Of a DNA stretch of 64,000 nucleotides, positions 26,076 through 39,896 are shown piece after piece; the first letter of the stretch is position 1; every line of letters begins with the position of its first letter. A program made the translations under genes and the position numbers. A model generated the notes under the pieces. The model saw only the letters and a list, made by a program, of their open reading frames with translations, did not search any database and was not told the DNA's origin. This DNA is from Octopus vulgaris. Taxonomy: Eukaryota. Where the stretch lies: positions 114,638,001 through 114,702,000 of the forward strand of contig OX597816.1 of assembly GCA_951406725.2 (NCBI GenBank). The letters are read 5' to 3'.

Positions 26076-26785
26076 TAGGAGCTCTCTGAACTTTGCTCAG
26101 GCTGTTCTTATTCTAGCAGCTATACTCTCAGCATCCACCCCCACTACTAACTTGGTCACCTAGGTAATGGAAATTATCAACTATTTGTAGTTTTTCTTCC
26201 TGACATGAGACAGAAGCTGTTTTCTGCACATTTTCAGTGTTTATTGCCCCTGAGCATTTGCAACACACAACAACTATTTTCCCAGTTAGCCTTCCTTTGA
26301 TATTGCTGCACCTCTTATGTGTCCATAGCTTACACTGGGTACATCTTATATAAATATATATCTGTATGTAGGTGTATACCTACTTAAAATGCTAAGAGGT
26401 TACACAGGAATAAATGTACATAGAAAATATAAGAACAAAATACTTAGAAAATTTTATAATGGACAACAGAGAGACAGTATATTAGGATTACTGGTTTTGC
26501 TTGTTTAAGATGACTTCTTCATGCTGGAATAAAATGGAAAGAATAATCCAAATAAATTGAATCAAACTTCCATAATATCAATTCTAGAAGTTCATTTATT
26601 TTTCTTATAAGCATTACCTGCATTTCATGTCCTTCTGATTGTTGCTTGTTGAGAATCTATGCATGCTAATACAAGACCCACATTAAATTCCTCACTCGTA
26701 TCACTATCAAACCAAGAGTTTAACTACAGTCTGTCTTTAGCACTTCCTTACCATTACCTGCCACTCTTTAGGTCTTCTAGATACC

Positions 26786-26841
<56 letters not shown>

Positions 26842-27914
26842 CTCTATGTCTTTATAGATACACATGTGCACTAATATATTAACATTATGCTTTTGACATG
26901 CGGCTTCATGTTTCTAGCCAAAACATTGCTATTTGATGTCTGACCATTTCCAGAGGAAGCAACAAAAGAGGCTGATATATTACCAATAATTTATACAGTA
27001 TTGATGAAGTACATTTTATCTTGCTACTGGCACTAGAGAGGTTACTTTCTTTCTAGACAGGTCACTTTTGCTATCGTCTGTGGAGTCAATGATTCTTCTG
27101 TTCATTCTTTCCTATTTTGTATGGCATGAAAATTTTATTTCCTGTAGGAAAATTATTTTTATCAATATACTAGAGAGGTCTGAGGTAGAACTAGCAATAT
27201 TTCACTAACCTATGTCAATTTGTATACATAGGTTACAAACTCTATAGTTTTTGAGTCCATGCCACCATCTGTTCCTCACATTCTTTTTGGCTTGTTTTTT
27301 ACACTAACCACCATATGTATTTATGAGGTATATGTTGTGTGTAGAGAAGCACACACTTGGCTATAGATTAAACAAAATCTACCAATGAACCTTACATTCA
27401 ATTAAACTGTTCAGTTTTTCAACTTTTGCCGCCTGAAGTGTAATTTGTATTTAATTTATAAATCTACTGTTTCTGGCCTAGAGATAATCTGCGCTAAACA
27501 GAAAAATTACAAACCTAAGATAAAAAAGAAAGAAAGAAAGAAAGAAGAGAAGAAAAAACTTTTGTATTCCCTGCTTCTCTTGATATAATGCTTCATACTA
27601 CGATGTATTTTTAAGTACTTTCTTTATCTTATTCTCTATTTTGTCTTTTGTGAAATTTCTTATTGACCAAAGCAATTTTTTTTCCTGTAAAGTACACAAA
27701 AGTTTTTTCCTTATTGTTTATTTTTTTACTCTCTTTCTATTTCACCTTATTTTAATTTAATATAATCAGTTTTGTTGTTGATGCTGTGCTCCTATCACCA
27801 TTATCATTGCTGTTATTGCTTTTATTTGAATTATCTTATTGTTTACCATTTTTTGTTCTTTTCTATTTTGATTTCATTTTTAAAAAATTTTAACCTGCTA
27901 AAATTTCTTTGCAG

Positions 27915-27933
27915 CTATAAGAAAGAATAAAGA
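27915..27933 (+). other. Candidate 19-nt microexon
   Basis: ttaacctgctaaaatttctttgcag|ctataagaaagaataaaga|gtgaga after a long U-rich tract. Confidence 0.3.
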
Positions 27934-28351
27934 GTGAGAAAAATAATGAGCTTTTTGCTTAATTCATCTAAGGGATCCTTGATGATTTGTTTATCCCCTC
28001 TGAGAGTAGTTTTATCTTCCTTTATCTATTTTTTTCTATTTTTTTTCTTAATGTTAAATAAATATATTCATTAAAACTCAACGAAAGACACACACTTACG
28101 GCTGTATACACTTAAAGAAAATAAAAAGAAACAAAAATTAGAAAAAAAGAAATCCCAAAATTTGAAACAGTTAATTTACAAAAGAGAAACAGTAAATCAC
28201 TCCACATAACAATTTGAAGATTAGAAAACAATTGTGGAAATCACTAGAATGGCAAAAGAAAAGAATTGTTTTTCTGAGTATGGTGTGCATCACATTTATC
28301 AGTCTATCATCTATCACATTCTGAAGTTCTTTCTTTGATTGCACCTTTCAG

Positions 28352-28379
28352 CAAGGACTTGTTTTCTTGTATCTTGAAG
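28352..28379 (+). other. Candidate 28-nt microexon
   Basis: ttctttctttgattgcacctttcag|caagg...ttgaag|gtaatg. Confidence 0.4.
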
Positions 28380-28687
28380 GTAATGAAGCAATTCTCAGTA
28401 AGAATTATGCAACAACTGTTAAATAGTAAACAATTAAAGTGTTCCATAGATCTGAATTTGTTATGAGAAATTGTTCATCAGACAGATTCCTTTGAAGCAG
28501 TTCTAGGGATACCAAAAACCTACCTCTTGTAGTTATCATTGCTTTTCAGCACATTGATGATCTATTGCATTATTATTTAAATCAATTTCATTCTTTTTTC
28601 TTTTTTGTGTGTGTGTGGGGATTTAGTATTCATTTTTATTAGAAATCAATTCTTATTATTGTTAATATTATTATTGTTATTATTATT

Positions 28688-29175
28688 AAGGTGGCAAGCT
28701 TAATGATTAGCGGCATTTCATCTGCCTTTACGTTATGAGTTCATATTCGGCCGAGGTAGACTTTTCCTTTTATCCTTTCAGGGTCGATAAATTAAGTACC
28801 AGTGAAACACTGGGGTTGATGTAATCAACTAGTACCCTCCTCCAAAATTTCAGGCCTAGTGCCTTTAGTAGAAAAGATTATTATTATTATTGTTCTTGTT
28901 CTTGTTTCTTTGGGGGTGACTTTGCCTTTCATCCTTCTGAAAACGATAAAATAAGTACCAGTTGAATACTGCAGTTGATGTAATCGACTTTAACCCCTCA
29001 CCCAAAATTGCTGGCCTTGTGCCAAAATTTGAACCCATTATTATTAATATTTTTGTTCCTCCAAGGTTGGTTCTGCTCTTCGTTCTTTCAGGATCAATAA
29101 AAATAAGAACCAGCCAAGTCCTGGGGTCATTGATGTCAATCTTTCCCCTAAAAATGTTGGCCTTGTGCCCAAAAC
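28688..29175 (+). mobile_element. Three tandem or partial SINE family B copies
   Basis: Repeated cttt..cctttcatcc..gataaa.taagtacc..ggggt.gatgt...ggccttgtgcc. Confidence 0.75.
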
Positions 29176-29242
<67 letters not shown>

Positions 29243-29306
29243 CGTCTTCTTCTTCTTCTTCTTCTTCTTCTTCTTCTTCTTCTTCTTCTTCTTCTTCTTC
29301 TTCTTC
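29176..29306. repeat. (TTG)n(TTC)n compound microsatellite
   Basis: Direct inspection. Confidence 0.95.
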
Positions 29307-29346
29307 TCATTACCATTGTTGTTATCATTATTTCTTTTCATCACAG

Positions 29347-29448
29347 GTTTTGTTAGAACTCCTGGAGTCTTGCATACATAGCGGGCTTGCTGCCTGCAGC
29401 CTACAGTACCATGCTATCTGTTCTGGGAGTGGTAAAATAAGGTACTGG
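29347..29448 (+). other. Candidate exon, 102 nt, phase 0-0
   Basis: ttatttcttttcatcacag| and TGG|gtatgt; open frame VLLELLESCIHSGLAACSLQYHAICSGSGKIRYW; the 3' end resembles an old SINE-B segment. Confidence 0.5.
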
Positions 29449-29608
29449 GTATGTACTGGGATCAATTTCATCAAGCCTATTGCATGAATCAGTATACGAT
29501 GGACTAGCAGGGTTTAGTAGAGCCAAAGTCCTTGCCCAACCATTTGGCTCTGCAGCAGTTACATCAGTATTATTTGTGTACCACTCTATACTACTGCAAA
29601 CATACACT

Positions 29609-29675
<67 letters not shown>

Positions 29676-29771
29676 ACACATTAACACATATACACACATA
29701 TTTTTGATAATCAAACTCCTATTTTTCCTGTCTGCCTGTTTATCTAGCATTCTGTCTGTCTGTTTAATTTG

Positions 29772-29802
<31 letters not shown>

Positions 29803-29992
29803 CACATATACATATAAATATACATACATAAATAAATATAAATATACACACACACACACATATATATATATACATATACACACATTCTGTACATATATAT
29901 ATGTATGTGTATTTTTGTACTTACATATATGTGTGTTTATTTATAATATATAAGTGAATGTATATCAATGTGCAGGAATGTAAACATATTTT

Positions 29993-30030
<38 letters not shown>

Positions 30031-30119
30031 ATACACTATCTGTATGTGTGAATGTATGCCTGTGTGTACACATATATCCATTCATCCATGCATGCATTTA
30101 TGCATACATACATGCATAC

Positions 30120-30160
<41 letters not shown>

Positions 30161-31152
30161 CTATTGTATTATATTTGTATTAAGATATGTAGTATATTGT
30201 TCATATTAAAAAAATATATTCACATTTTCATCTTGGATATTTACAAAACTACTATGATGAATTAATGTATAAACTTAAACTTATTCCCATTAAGATTGGA
30301 TCATTTTTTACTGTAAAAATTAATGAAAAAAATAATTGATACTTCTATAAAGTTTGTCCTTTTTCATTCAAAACATTACATTTCTTGTAGTAAATAACTT
30401 CTCAATCAAGTTCTTGTGTTTTTGCTTGTTTGTATAAAATATATATTTTTCTAGTAGCAGTAATTGGTGGTCTTTTTTCTTTTATAGTCTGTGTGCTTAT
30501 TATAATACACACACACTCATCTATATATATATATATATATATATGTACATACACTTACATATATATACATATATACATACACACACACATATATATACAC
30601 ACATGTATATACTATATATATATATAGACACATATATATAAATATATGTACAGATATATATACATACATGTATATATATATATATATTTGATATTTTATT
30701 CCAAACTTTTTCTTTCTAAGTAACTAGAAGATGAAGTTTTATAATAACTTTTAGATCTTAGAAGCTGTTTTTAGTAAAAAGAAGTAAAAAAAATCTAATA
30801 AAAACAGTAAAAACTCTTAAATCTTCACTATGCATTTTTCTAAATAAGTCATAAATCTTGAATAATACATTTTTTAAAAAGAAATTAGATTTTGATGTAA
30901 GCCCATTTCTTTCTTCCTTCGAGTGTCTCTGTATCTGTTTCGCCTTTTTTCTTCATAAATAACTTTAAAAACTTACAAAATCTTTATGTAAGGAACTTTT
31001 TAGTTCTACCGTCCCTTAAATTATATATATTTTTTTCATTTCTCTCTCTCTTTTCTTTTAAAAACAAAACTTTTTCAGTATTTTGGGAAGAAACTTTTAA
31101 AAACTTATGAGATCTTATGAAAAAAATCAACTGACTTTTTACCTTCCTCTAG

Positions 31153-31208
31153 TAATTTAAGTTAGATGACATAGTAGAAATCAGGATTCTGATATTGAGG
31201 GACTCTAA
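31153..31208 (+). other. Candidate small exon (stops in all frames from this acceptor)
   Basis: ctgactttttaccttcctctag| and ctctaa|gtaagt. Confidence 0.35.
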
Positions 31209-31524
31209 GTAAGTTGATCTGAATCGGAGGAATTATATTAATTCCTTTTCTTTTCTGACATCATTTTTATGAGGTTTATTATCTTCCAGCAATTGTTTAT
31301 GAAGCCTTTTAATCTATTTATCTAAATAAATATAACTTATTAATTAATTAACATGGCTGTGTAGTGAGAAGTTTGCTTCCCAAGTACATGGGCAAGCAAT
31401 CCTCTACTATAGCCTCAAGCCAACTGAAGTCCTGTGTGTGAATTTGGCAGATGGAAAGTGAAAGAAGCCAATCGTATATATATGTGTGTGTGTATATAAA
31501 TATGTATATATATACATAAATATG

Positions 31525-31593
<69 letters not shown>

Positions 31594-32389
31594 GCAGCGT
31601 GGAAGGTATGTGTAAGCCATTTAAAAAACACACAAAAGCCGTTCAATTTACTTCAACATTTAAGTTTAATTTGTCAAAATATTTTCATCACTATAAGACC
31701 GCGACCTGTTCACTGACAAAAGTCCGTGCTGCATCTGAGAAAGTAACAGTTAGTTCGTTATATATATGTATGTATGTATGTGTGTGTGTATGTATACACG
31801 CATGTATGCATGCATGCATGTATGTATGTATGTACGTACGTACGCCTGTGTGTATGTATGTATGTGTGTGTATATGCATGCACATACACACTATAAACTT
31901 AAAGCTATAAACCTGTAGTGATGGATAGATGTAGACTGACCACTCATCACAACAATATCAAATTTCAACCTCCCCACCCCCCGCCGAAACTAGGAAGTGA
32001 TTTACGACCCCCCCCCCCTCCGCAAGTCAAAACTCTAAAACCTATTATCAGACATTTATCTCTATATCACAAAACTTTTGTTTTACTATTACTTATCTTT
32101 TTTTTTTCCCTTACATCTAGTTAGTTCAGGTTATATATATATACACACACGTATGTATGTGTGTATGCATGTACGTACGCATGTGCATATGTACGTGTAC
32201 GTGCACGTATGCATGTGCCTATGTATGTGTGTGCATACATGTACGTGCGTATGTACGTGTGTATGCCCATACGCAGGTATGTATGTATGTTTGTACTTAT
32301 GTGCTACATATGTATGTGAGTATCTAGGAGAATGGGCAGACGTATCTGTGTGCGTGTGTACATGTGTATGTGCATGTGAACGGATGTCC

Positions 32390-32420
<31 letters not shown>

Positions 32421-32753
32421 ACTATGTATGTATATATATATATATATTCATATATATATTTGTGTCTCTGTCTCTCATCACCACTTAACAATTGGTGTTG
32501 GTTTGTTTATGTTTCCATTGCTTAGTGGTTTGACTAAAGAGACTGACAGAATAAATAGCTTGAGCATAGAAAAGTACTGGGATCCACTCATTCAACTAAA
32601 ATTCTTTGAGTGGGTGCCCCAGCTTGGCCACAGTCTAATGACTGAAACAGATAGAAGATAAAAGAGTAGTTTTGATAAATAACTAATAATATAACAGAAG
32701 ATTATTTTTTTGCTGATTATTTTGGGTATATAATGCTGCCTAACCTGTATTAA

Positions 32754-32975
32754 CCCTTTCGTTATCATATTTCTCTTGAGATGCTCTGTATTGCTTTCAA
32801 TTAATTTCAAATATAACAAAGAATTTAGTAAAATAACTTAGTTATCATTAAACTAGTGTTAAGAACATAAATTGTGACTAAGGTCTGGTGGAAGATTTTA
32901 ATTCAAAACTTATGAAAACAAGACATTTGTACTACAGAGCCAGCAGTGGTTTCAGCCAGGTTGGTATCAAAAGGG
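32754..32975. mobile_element. piggyBac-like MITE with TTAA TSD
   Basis: TTAA|CCCTTTCG...CAAAAGGG|TTAA; further decayed copies at about 34680-35050. Confidence 0.85.
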
Positions 32976-33020
32976 TTAATATATGATAATTATGGTGACT
33001 TTTTTTCTTATTTCAAGAAT

Positions 33021-33418
33021 AGTGGCCGTGTGGTAAGTAGCTTGCTTACCAACCACATGGTTCCGGTTTCATTCCCACTGCGTGGCACCTTGGTTAAGTG
33101 TCTTCTACTATAGCCTCGGGCCGACCAAAGCCTTGTGAGTGGATTTGGTAGACGGAAACTGAAAGAAGCCCATCGTATATATGTATATATGTATATATAT
33201 GTGTGTGCGTGTTTGTGTGTCTGTGTTTGTCCCTCCAACATCACTTGACAACCGATGCTGTTGTGTTTACGCCCCCATAACTTAGCGGTCCGGCAAAAGA
33301 GACCGATAGAATAAGTACTAGGCTTACAAAGAATAAGTCCTGGGGTCGATTTGTTCGACTAAAAGGTGGTGCTCCAGCATGGCCACAGTCAAATGACTGA
33401 AACAAGTAAAAGAGTAAG
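33021..33418 (+). mobile_element. SINE family A (young, CpG retained)
   Basis: Near-consensus copy. Confidence 0.9.
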
Positions 33419-34050
33419 AATTTATTTTATTTATTTATGAGTTTGCTAAAATTAGCACTCAAATCTCTCTCAACTCAGTCTTTACCACCCTAAATGAGGA
33501 AGGACATAGTAGATATTGTAGTTGAAGGTATTAACACATGGGTTAATAATACTTTCTACTGAAGGCACAATACCTGAAATTTTGGGGGAGGGGACTAGTC
33601 AATTACATTGACTCCAGTGTGTAACTGGTACTTAATTTATTGACCCCAAAACAATAAAAGGCAAAGATGACCTCCGTGGAATTTGAAAAAAGGGTTAATG
33701 AAGAAGGACACACTGGGCATTGTAGTTGAAGATATTAAAAATGGGTTAGTAATGACTGGAACATCTTTTGACCATAAACTGGTCCAGCGATGGCTGATTG
33801 GAGCTGAGCCAGAACAACAACAATAGTAACAAAACAACAACAACAGCAGCCGCCTTAATGTTAATCAAAAAATAATTAATGCAATAGTTGTGTTGGATAT
33901 TTGGCTATCACGAGTACATTTTTTGCAACTCAAATGGTGTTCTTGTCTTAGCTACCAGCAATGTCTTTTATCTTTAGTAGCATGAGAACTTCATATTTAA
34001 GGTTCAGCTCCATTCTCATAGCAATGGAGAATTGGAAATATTTTGTCTAG

Positions 34051-34211
34051 GTGATAGCATCTCTTCCAGTATTGATAACAGCTGAATTTTGCCAAAAACA
34101 ATAGATTATGATTTTATACCCAAGGGAAGTCATACCACAATTCACAGTTCTACAAGCTCTCGAGTCTGATTCGGGGGTAGGCTGCATACATTGTTGCATA
34201 CATTTCCAAAG
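34051..34211 (+). other. Candidate exon, 161 nt
   Basis: attttgtctag| and AAG|gtcagt; frame 0 is open except for one TAG (34102-34104). Confidence 0.5.
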
Positions 34212-34586
34212 GTCAGTGCTTCTAAATTTAGCTTTCATCAATAAATGAAGCTTAGGAACTTCATTTGGGAAAGAAATTAATAAAAGACAATAACAATAAT
34301 GATAAAAGGAATATTTTTCTCCCCTTATCTTTTTAGAAGGATAGATTAAAAAAAAAATGAAAGAAAATTCTATATTCTTGGGTAAGCTAGCTTGTTTTAC
34401 TGAAATTCTCTTTTCATTGTTTCGAAAAGAAATCTATTTTCACATAGAAGAATAGATGAGGTTATATTTTTCTTTACCAAAAATAATTCCAATCACATTT
34501 CAAACTAACACTAAAATGGTAAATCATGGAAGTACTCTTCTGAAAATCCTGTTTTTACTTTTAACTAGTCCAATACGTCTTTTCAG

Positions 34587-34618
34587 GAATAGATTACACT
34601 GCAATCTCTGTTATCAAG
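34587..34618 (+). other. Candidate 32-nt microexon
   Basis: ttttaactagtccaatacgtcttttcag|gaatag...tcaag|gtaaag. Confidence 0.45.
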
Positions 34619-35325
34619 GTAAAGATCTTTTACCTTATTGTTACCTTATTTCTGTTGAAATATAACACTTTGTTTTAATTAACCTTTTTGATACCAACCC
34701 ACCTGAGACCACCCTTGAATCTGTGATACAAACCTAACAAAATTTCATGTTTATTTATGTTAATTTATGTTCTAAACACCAGGAGAAAGTTATTTTATTA
34801 AATTTGTCATTACTCTTAAAATTAATGGGAAGAAAGGCAGTGTATTTCAACAGAAATAAGGTAGACAAAAGTTAATTTTGAAAAGAATGAAGAATTTTAG
34901 GAAATCAACTTTGGCATTAAACTGGCGGCTGGAACATAAATTAGCATCTAACTTTCACTGAAAGTTTTAATTTAAGTCACTTTACAGAAAAAAATATGTT
35001 ATCTTAAAACCATGGGGTGATCCCAAGGTGGATTGACATCAAATCAGTTAAATAAAGGAATCTCTCACTCATCAGATCATGATATGTTTTCTCATGAATT
35101 GTGGAAACATATATTATTTGATTCAAAGTTTGACTCTCTTATCTGAAAGTACTGCTGCTATCCAGGATAAATAAAGATGCTGAGTGTCACATATCGGTCT
35201 TCTGTGTTTCATTTGATGAAAATACATTTCATACAAATAGACACATGTAAATATATGCATGCTTGACTTAGCCCCTTCCCGCAAAATCTCAGACCTTTTG
35301 CCTATAGTTGAAAGGATTATTGTTA

Positions 35326-35368
<43 letters not shown>

Positions 35369-35377
35369 TATTATCAT

Positions 35378-36140
35378 TAAGGTGGCTAGCTGACAGAATT
35401 GCTAATGCGTTTAACAAAATGGTTTGCAGTGTTTCTTCCAGCTTTACTTTGTAAGTTCGAAAGGCAACAAGGTTGACATTGCCTTTCATCCTTTTGGGAT
35501 GGTTAAAATAAGTACTAATCAGGTACTGGGGTCAATGTTATCAACATCTCGCTCCCCACAGAAACCACTGGCCTTGTGCTTAAATTTGAAGCGAGGAGAA
35601 TTGTTAGCATACCAGGTGAAATGCTTAGCAGCATTTCATCCTTTCTTACGTTTTGAGTTCAAATTCCGCCAAGGTCAACTTTAGTGGAGGTGCATGGCTT
35701 AGTGGTTAGGGTGTTGAACTCATGATCGTAAGGTTGTGGTTTCGATTCCTGGACCGGGCAATGTGTTGTGTTCTTGAGCAAAACACTTCATTTCCCATTG
35801 CTCCAGTCCACTCAGCTGGCAAAAATGAGTAATCCTGCGATGGACCAGCGTCCCATCCAGGAGGGGAAATTTCTACGCTACTGAAACTGGGAAACCGGCC
35901 CTTATGATCCTGGCATGGCTCGAGAAGGAACAATGTCAACTTTGCTGTTCAGCCTTTCGGGGTCAATAAATTAATTACCAGTTGCATACTGGGCTCAATC
36001 TAATCGACTGGCCCCCTCCACAAAAGTTTTGGGCCTCGTACATAGAGTAGAAAAGAATAAATTAAGTATCAGTGAAACACCTCGACCAAATTTCAGGCCT
36101 TGTGTCTATCATAGAAAAGATTATTATAATTAAGGTGGCA
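35378..36140 (+). mobile_element. Nested SINEs: family C (35686-35935) inserted into family B copies
   Basis: Family B is interrupted at gtcaacttt, which is duplicated on both sides; family C head ggaggtgcatggcttagtggttaggg...ggtttcgattcc. Confidence 0.8.
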
Positions 36141-36657
36141 AGCAGCAGCTTGACCTCTTTACGGGGCTTTGAAGACTGATGGGAAAGAGAAGTTATTCTA
36201 AAACTGGAAACCTAGTCCAAATGCTTGAAACAGAGTGGACTCTGCTACAGGCATAAAAGCATCAAAGTTGTTAAAGGAGATGGTGTTAAACCAGTTGTTG
36301 TTGTTGACTGTGGTAATGTTTATTGCTGTTGTTGCTGATGTTGATGCCATTGGCAATTGTGCGATGATGTTCATGTGTAATATTGTTTTTGCTGTTGGTT
36401 GTGATCGTGGTGTTTGTTGTTGTTATTATTGTTGTCGGTGGTTGTGTAGTGGGGGTGAGGGTAGGAGTGGTGTTGATAGCATTTATTGCTGTTGGTTGCA
36501 GTGGTATTTATTGTTGTTGCTGGTATAAGTATTTATTGTCTGTGGAGGTGGTAGTGGTGGTGATTACGGTCATGGTGGTGGTGCTGCTGCTGGTAGTGAC
36601 AGTGGTGGTGTTTATTGTCATTATTTATGTTGTGTCTGTGGTATTTGTTGTTGTTGT

Positions 36658-36978
36658 GGAGGCACGTGGCTTAGTGGTTAGGGCATTCGGCTCATGATCA
36701 TAAGGTCATGAGTTCAATTCCTGGCGGTGTGTTGTATCCTTGAGCAAGACACTTTATTTCACATTGCCCCAGTCCACTCAGCTGGCAAAAACGAGTAGTA
36801 CCTGTATTTCAAAGGGCTAGCTTTGTTCCATTCTCTGTCACGCTGAATCTCTCTGAGAACTATGGTAAAGATTCACGTGTTTGTGGAGTGCTCAGCCACT
36901 TGCATGTTAATTTCACAAGCAAGCTGTTCGTTGATTGTATCAGCTGGGACCCTCGTTGTCGCAACCGACGGAGTGCTC
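36658..36978 (+). mobile_element. SINE family C
   Basis: tRNA-like A/B boxes; paralog of 46982-47304. Confidence 0.85.
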
Positions 36979-37744
36979 CTAAATTTGTTGCTGTGGCTGT
37001 TTTTGTGTTAGCAGAGCTGGTGTATATTCTTTTGTTGTTGTCGGTGGTTAGCATTTGTTGTTGTTTTCGGGTTTAGATCAGAACTACACTGGAAGGCCTA
37101 TGATCAGATTTGTTCTAGTGTTCAACAGCTCATCTTTATGTCTAGCAGAAACAACACTGCTCATGTTATCCTTTATAAAAGACAGTACAACATAATTCTC
37201 CTTCTGTCTCCTTGAGATGGAATTTGATAACAAAGATGCTACATATTTCTTTGAATATAGAATTTGCAGAAGTAACATTGTTTGACGGATATGTCATTCA
37301 AAACTAATGACAGCTTGGGAATTGCTGCTCCTTACTGAAAGTCAACGGAAAAAGAACAATATGATTTCAGGGAAATTTAGTTGCTATTTCTAGCAAGTTG
37401 AGTGACCAGGCAAAGGCTCCCTTATTGGCTCATATACTACCGTATTACCAGTTAGCTCTGTATGTATCCATATAATCCCTAGAGCCCTAGAAATATAAAT
37501 TCTAAATATTAACTTTACGTGGATTGGGGGGATGAACATTTCCATGACTTTCTTATTTGTTGATTATCTTTAAATGAGTCTTCATTCAACCCTTTTTTTT
37601 TTTTCACCTTAATTGCTGTTTCTGATTTTAATATTTCTTTCAAAAGTTCATTTCTGTATATAGAAAACACAAACACACAGCAAAAATACAATAATTCTTG
37701 ACACTATTTTTTTCCTTTATTTACAATTTTGTGCAAATATTTTT

Positions 37745-37784
<40 letters not shown>

Positions 37785-38390
37785 TATATAGATAATTTAT
37801 ATATATATATATATAGCATATATATAATATATATTTACACACATATACATACACACACACACATGCACATATATGTATAAATATGTATATATATATATAT
37901 ATATAGATATACATGTATATCATGTATATATATATAGATATACATGTATATCATGTATATATATTGTTCTTCTTTGCATCACTGAGTTCCTGGAAGTTTA
38001 GTTTTAGTTTTCTGATTCTTTCTAACTATGTTTCCTTATTGGAAGAATTGTATTGCAATCATACTGGAACAAAATATTTGATTCTAGTGGAAAACTTTTC
38101 AGTATATATACATATATTTATACACACTTGAATGGCTATATATATATATATATATATGTATATATAGACAAAATATACACATTGATACACTGATATACCA
38201 ATATATATATACATATATGTGTGTGTGTATCTGTGTGCTTATGTGTGAGTATGTATAGAGGTATATTCATGCATAAATACATATTTGATATTGTATGTGT
38301 GAGACACACATAAATATATACACAAACATACACATTAACATACACACATAAACGCACATATTTACATTTCCATACATGTACATAATTGAC

Positions 38391-38473
<83 letters not shown>

Positions 38474-39548
38474 GTATATATGTACATATAAATATGTATA
38501 TATACAAATACACAAATGCACCCCCACACATACATATATACATATATATATACATGCATGCATGCATACATACATGTTCATTCCTATCTATGTGTATAGT
38601 ATATATAATTTGATTGAGCTAAGGAAAGAAATTATTCTGAGATTCTTTCTATCTTGGATATTTTGATTAGCAAGAATCTTGGTATTATTTTGATTAGACT
38701 AACTGAATATATTTTGTTGACAAATAAAAACGTCGCAAAGACTTTGATGAATGACGCTTAATGCTGTTAGCTAAACATTCATTAGTAAGTCGGCTTTCAT
38801 TTCTTTGTTCAATTTCCAGTTCGTCCTTTTTCTTCTTCCCCCCCGTCTCTTCCCATCTTTCACCTACTCCTCGTGCTCCTCCGAATGTGTCTTCTCTTTC
38901 TTCTTTCTCTTCTTTTTCTTTGTTCTATCATTACCTTGTTCAATCTCTCACAATCACAGCACTGCATTGATATCATGTATATCAACCAACCTGTTATCTT
39001 TGCTTTAAAGTCATTTCTCTCACATATTTGAATTCCAGCTGTGTGTTCCAATATTCTTGCACAATGGCTAAAAATTACATTTGAATATGAATACAAGAGG
39101 TGCGTATGTATGTATGTGTGTGTGTGCGTGCATGTGTGTGTGTGTGTAAGCATGTGTGCATGTATATACATCTAAAATAATCACACATGCTTCATTATCT
39201 CATACTTAGATACATGATGTAATACATAATCTTATATATATTCATTTATGTGAATATGTGTGTTCATATATATAATACATACATACATACATACACACAC
39301 ACACTCACATATAGAGAGAAAGTTATATGCATGAATACATTATATAATATATTTATATATAACATTTATACATATAATAAATACATTTATGTTATATAAC
39401 ATATAAACTACATAATATATATACATATATAAATATATTCAATATATATGTGTGCGTGTATGTGCGTATATATATATATATATATATATATGATATAATA
39501 TACCCATATATAATATATATACATAAATATATATGTGCATATGTATGT

Positions 39549-39589
<41 letters not shown>

Positions 39590-39744
39590 GCACACATATA
39601 TGTATTTACAAAGATAAATACATATATATACATACATACATACATACATATGTGCATATATATATATGCATATGTGTGTGTATGTATATATATAAGCACA
39701 TATATGTGTATATATGTATATATATATATATGTATATTGATATG

Positions 39745-39786
<42 letters not shown>

Positions 39787-39896
39787 CATATGTATGTGTA
39801 TGTCTGACTCTGTGTAAATGTACACACACACTCACACATACTACCAAATGCTGTTCCCACAAGTGAGCATGCTTTACCTTTATATCTTGTCTCCAG

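Noticed and set aside
27181-27200. let-7-like TGAGGTAG (also miR-1 and miR-29 seed-like strings at 23956 and 50579)
   Set aside because: Only the seed matches; there is no mature sequence or precursor hairpin.
29401-29607. Minus-strand ORF EWYTNNTDVTAAEPNGWARTLALL...SMVL as a terminal coding exon, possibly joined to MGKIWVKLETRYK at 39878-39917
   Set aside because: The acceptor lacks a pyrimidine tract, part of the sequence is SINE-like, and + strand splice signals are stronger. It is not fully excluded without RNA data.
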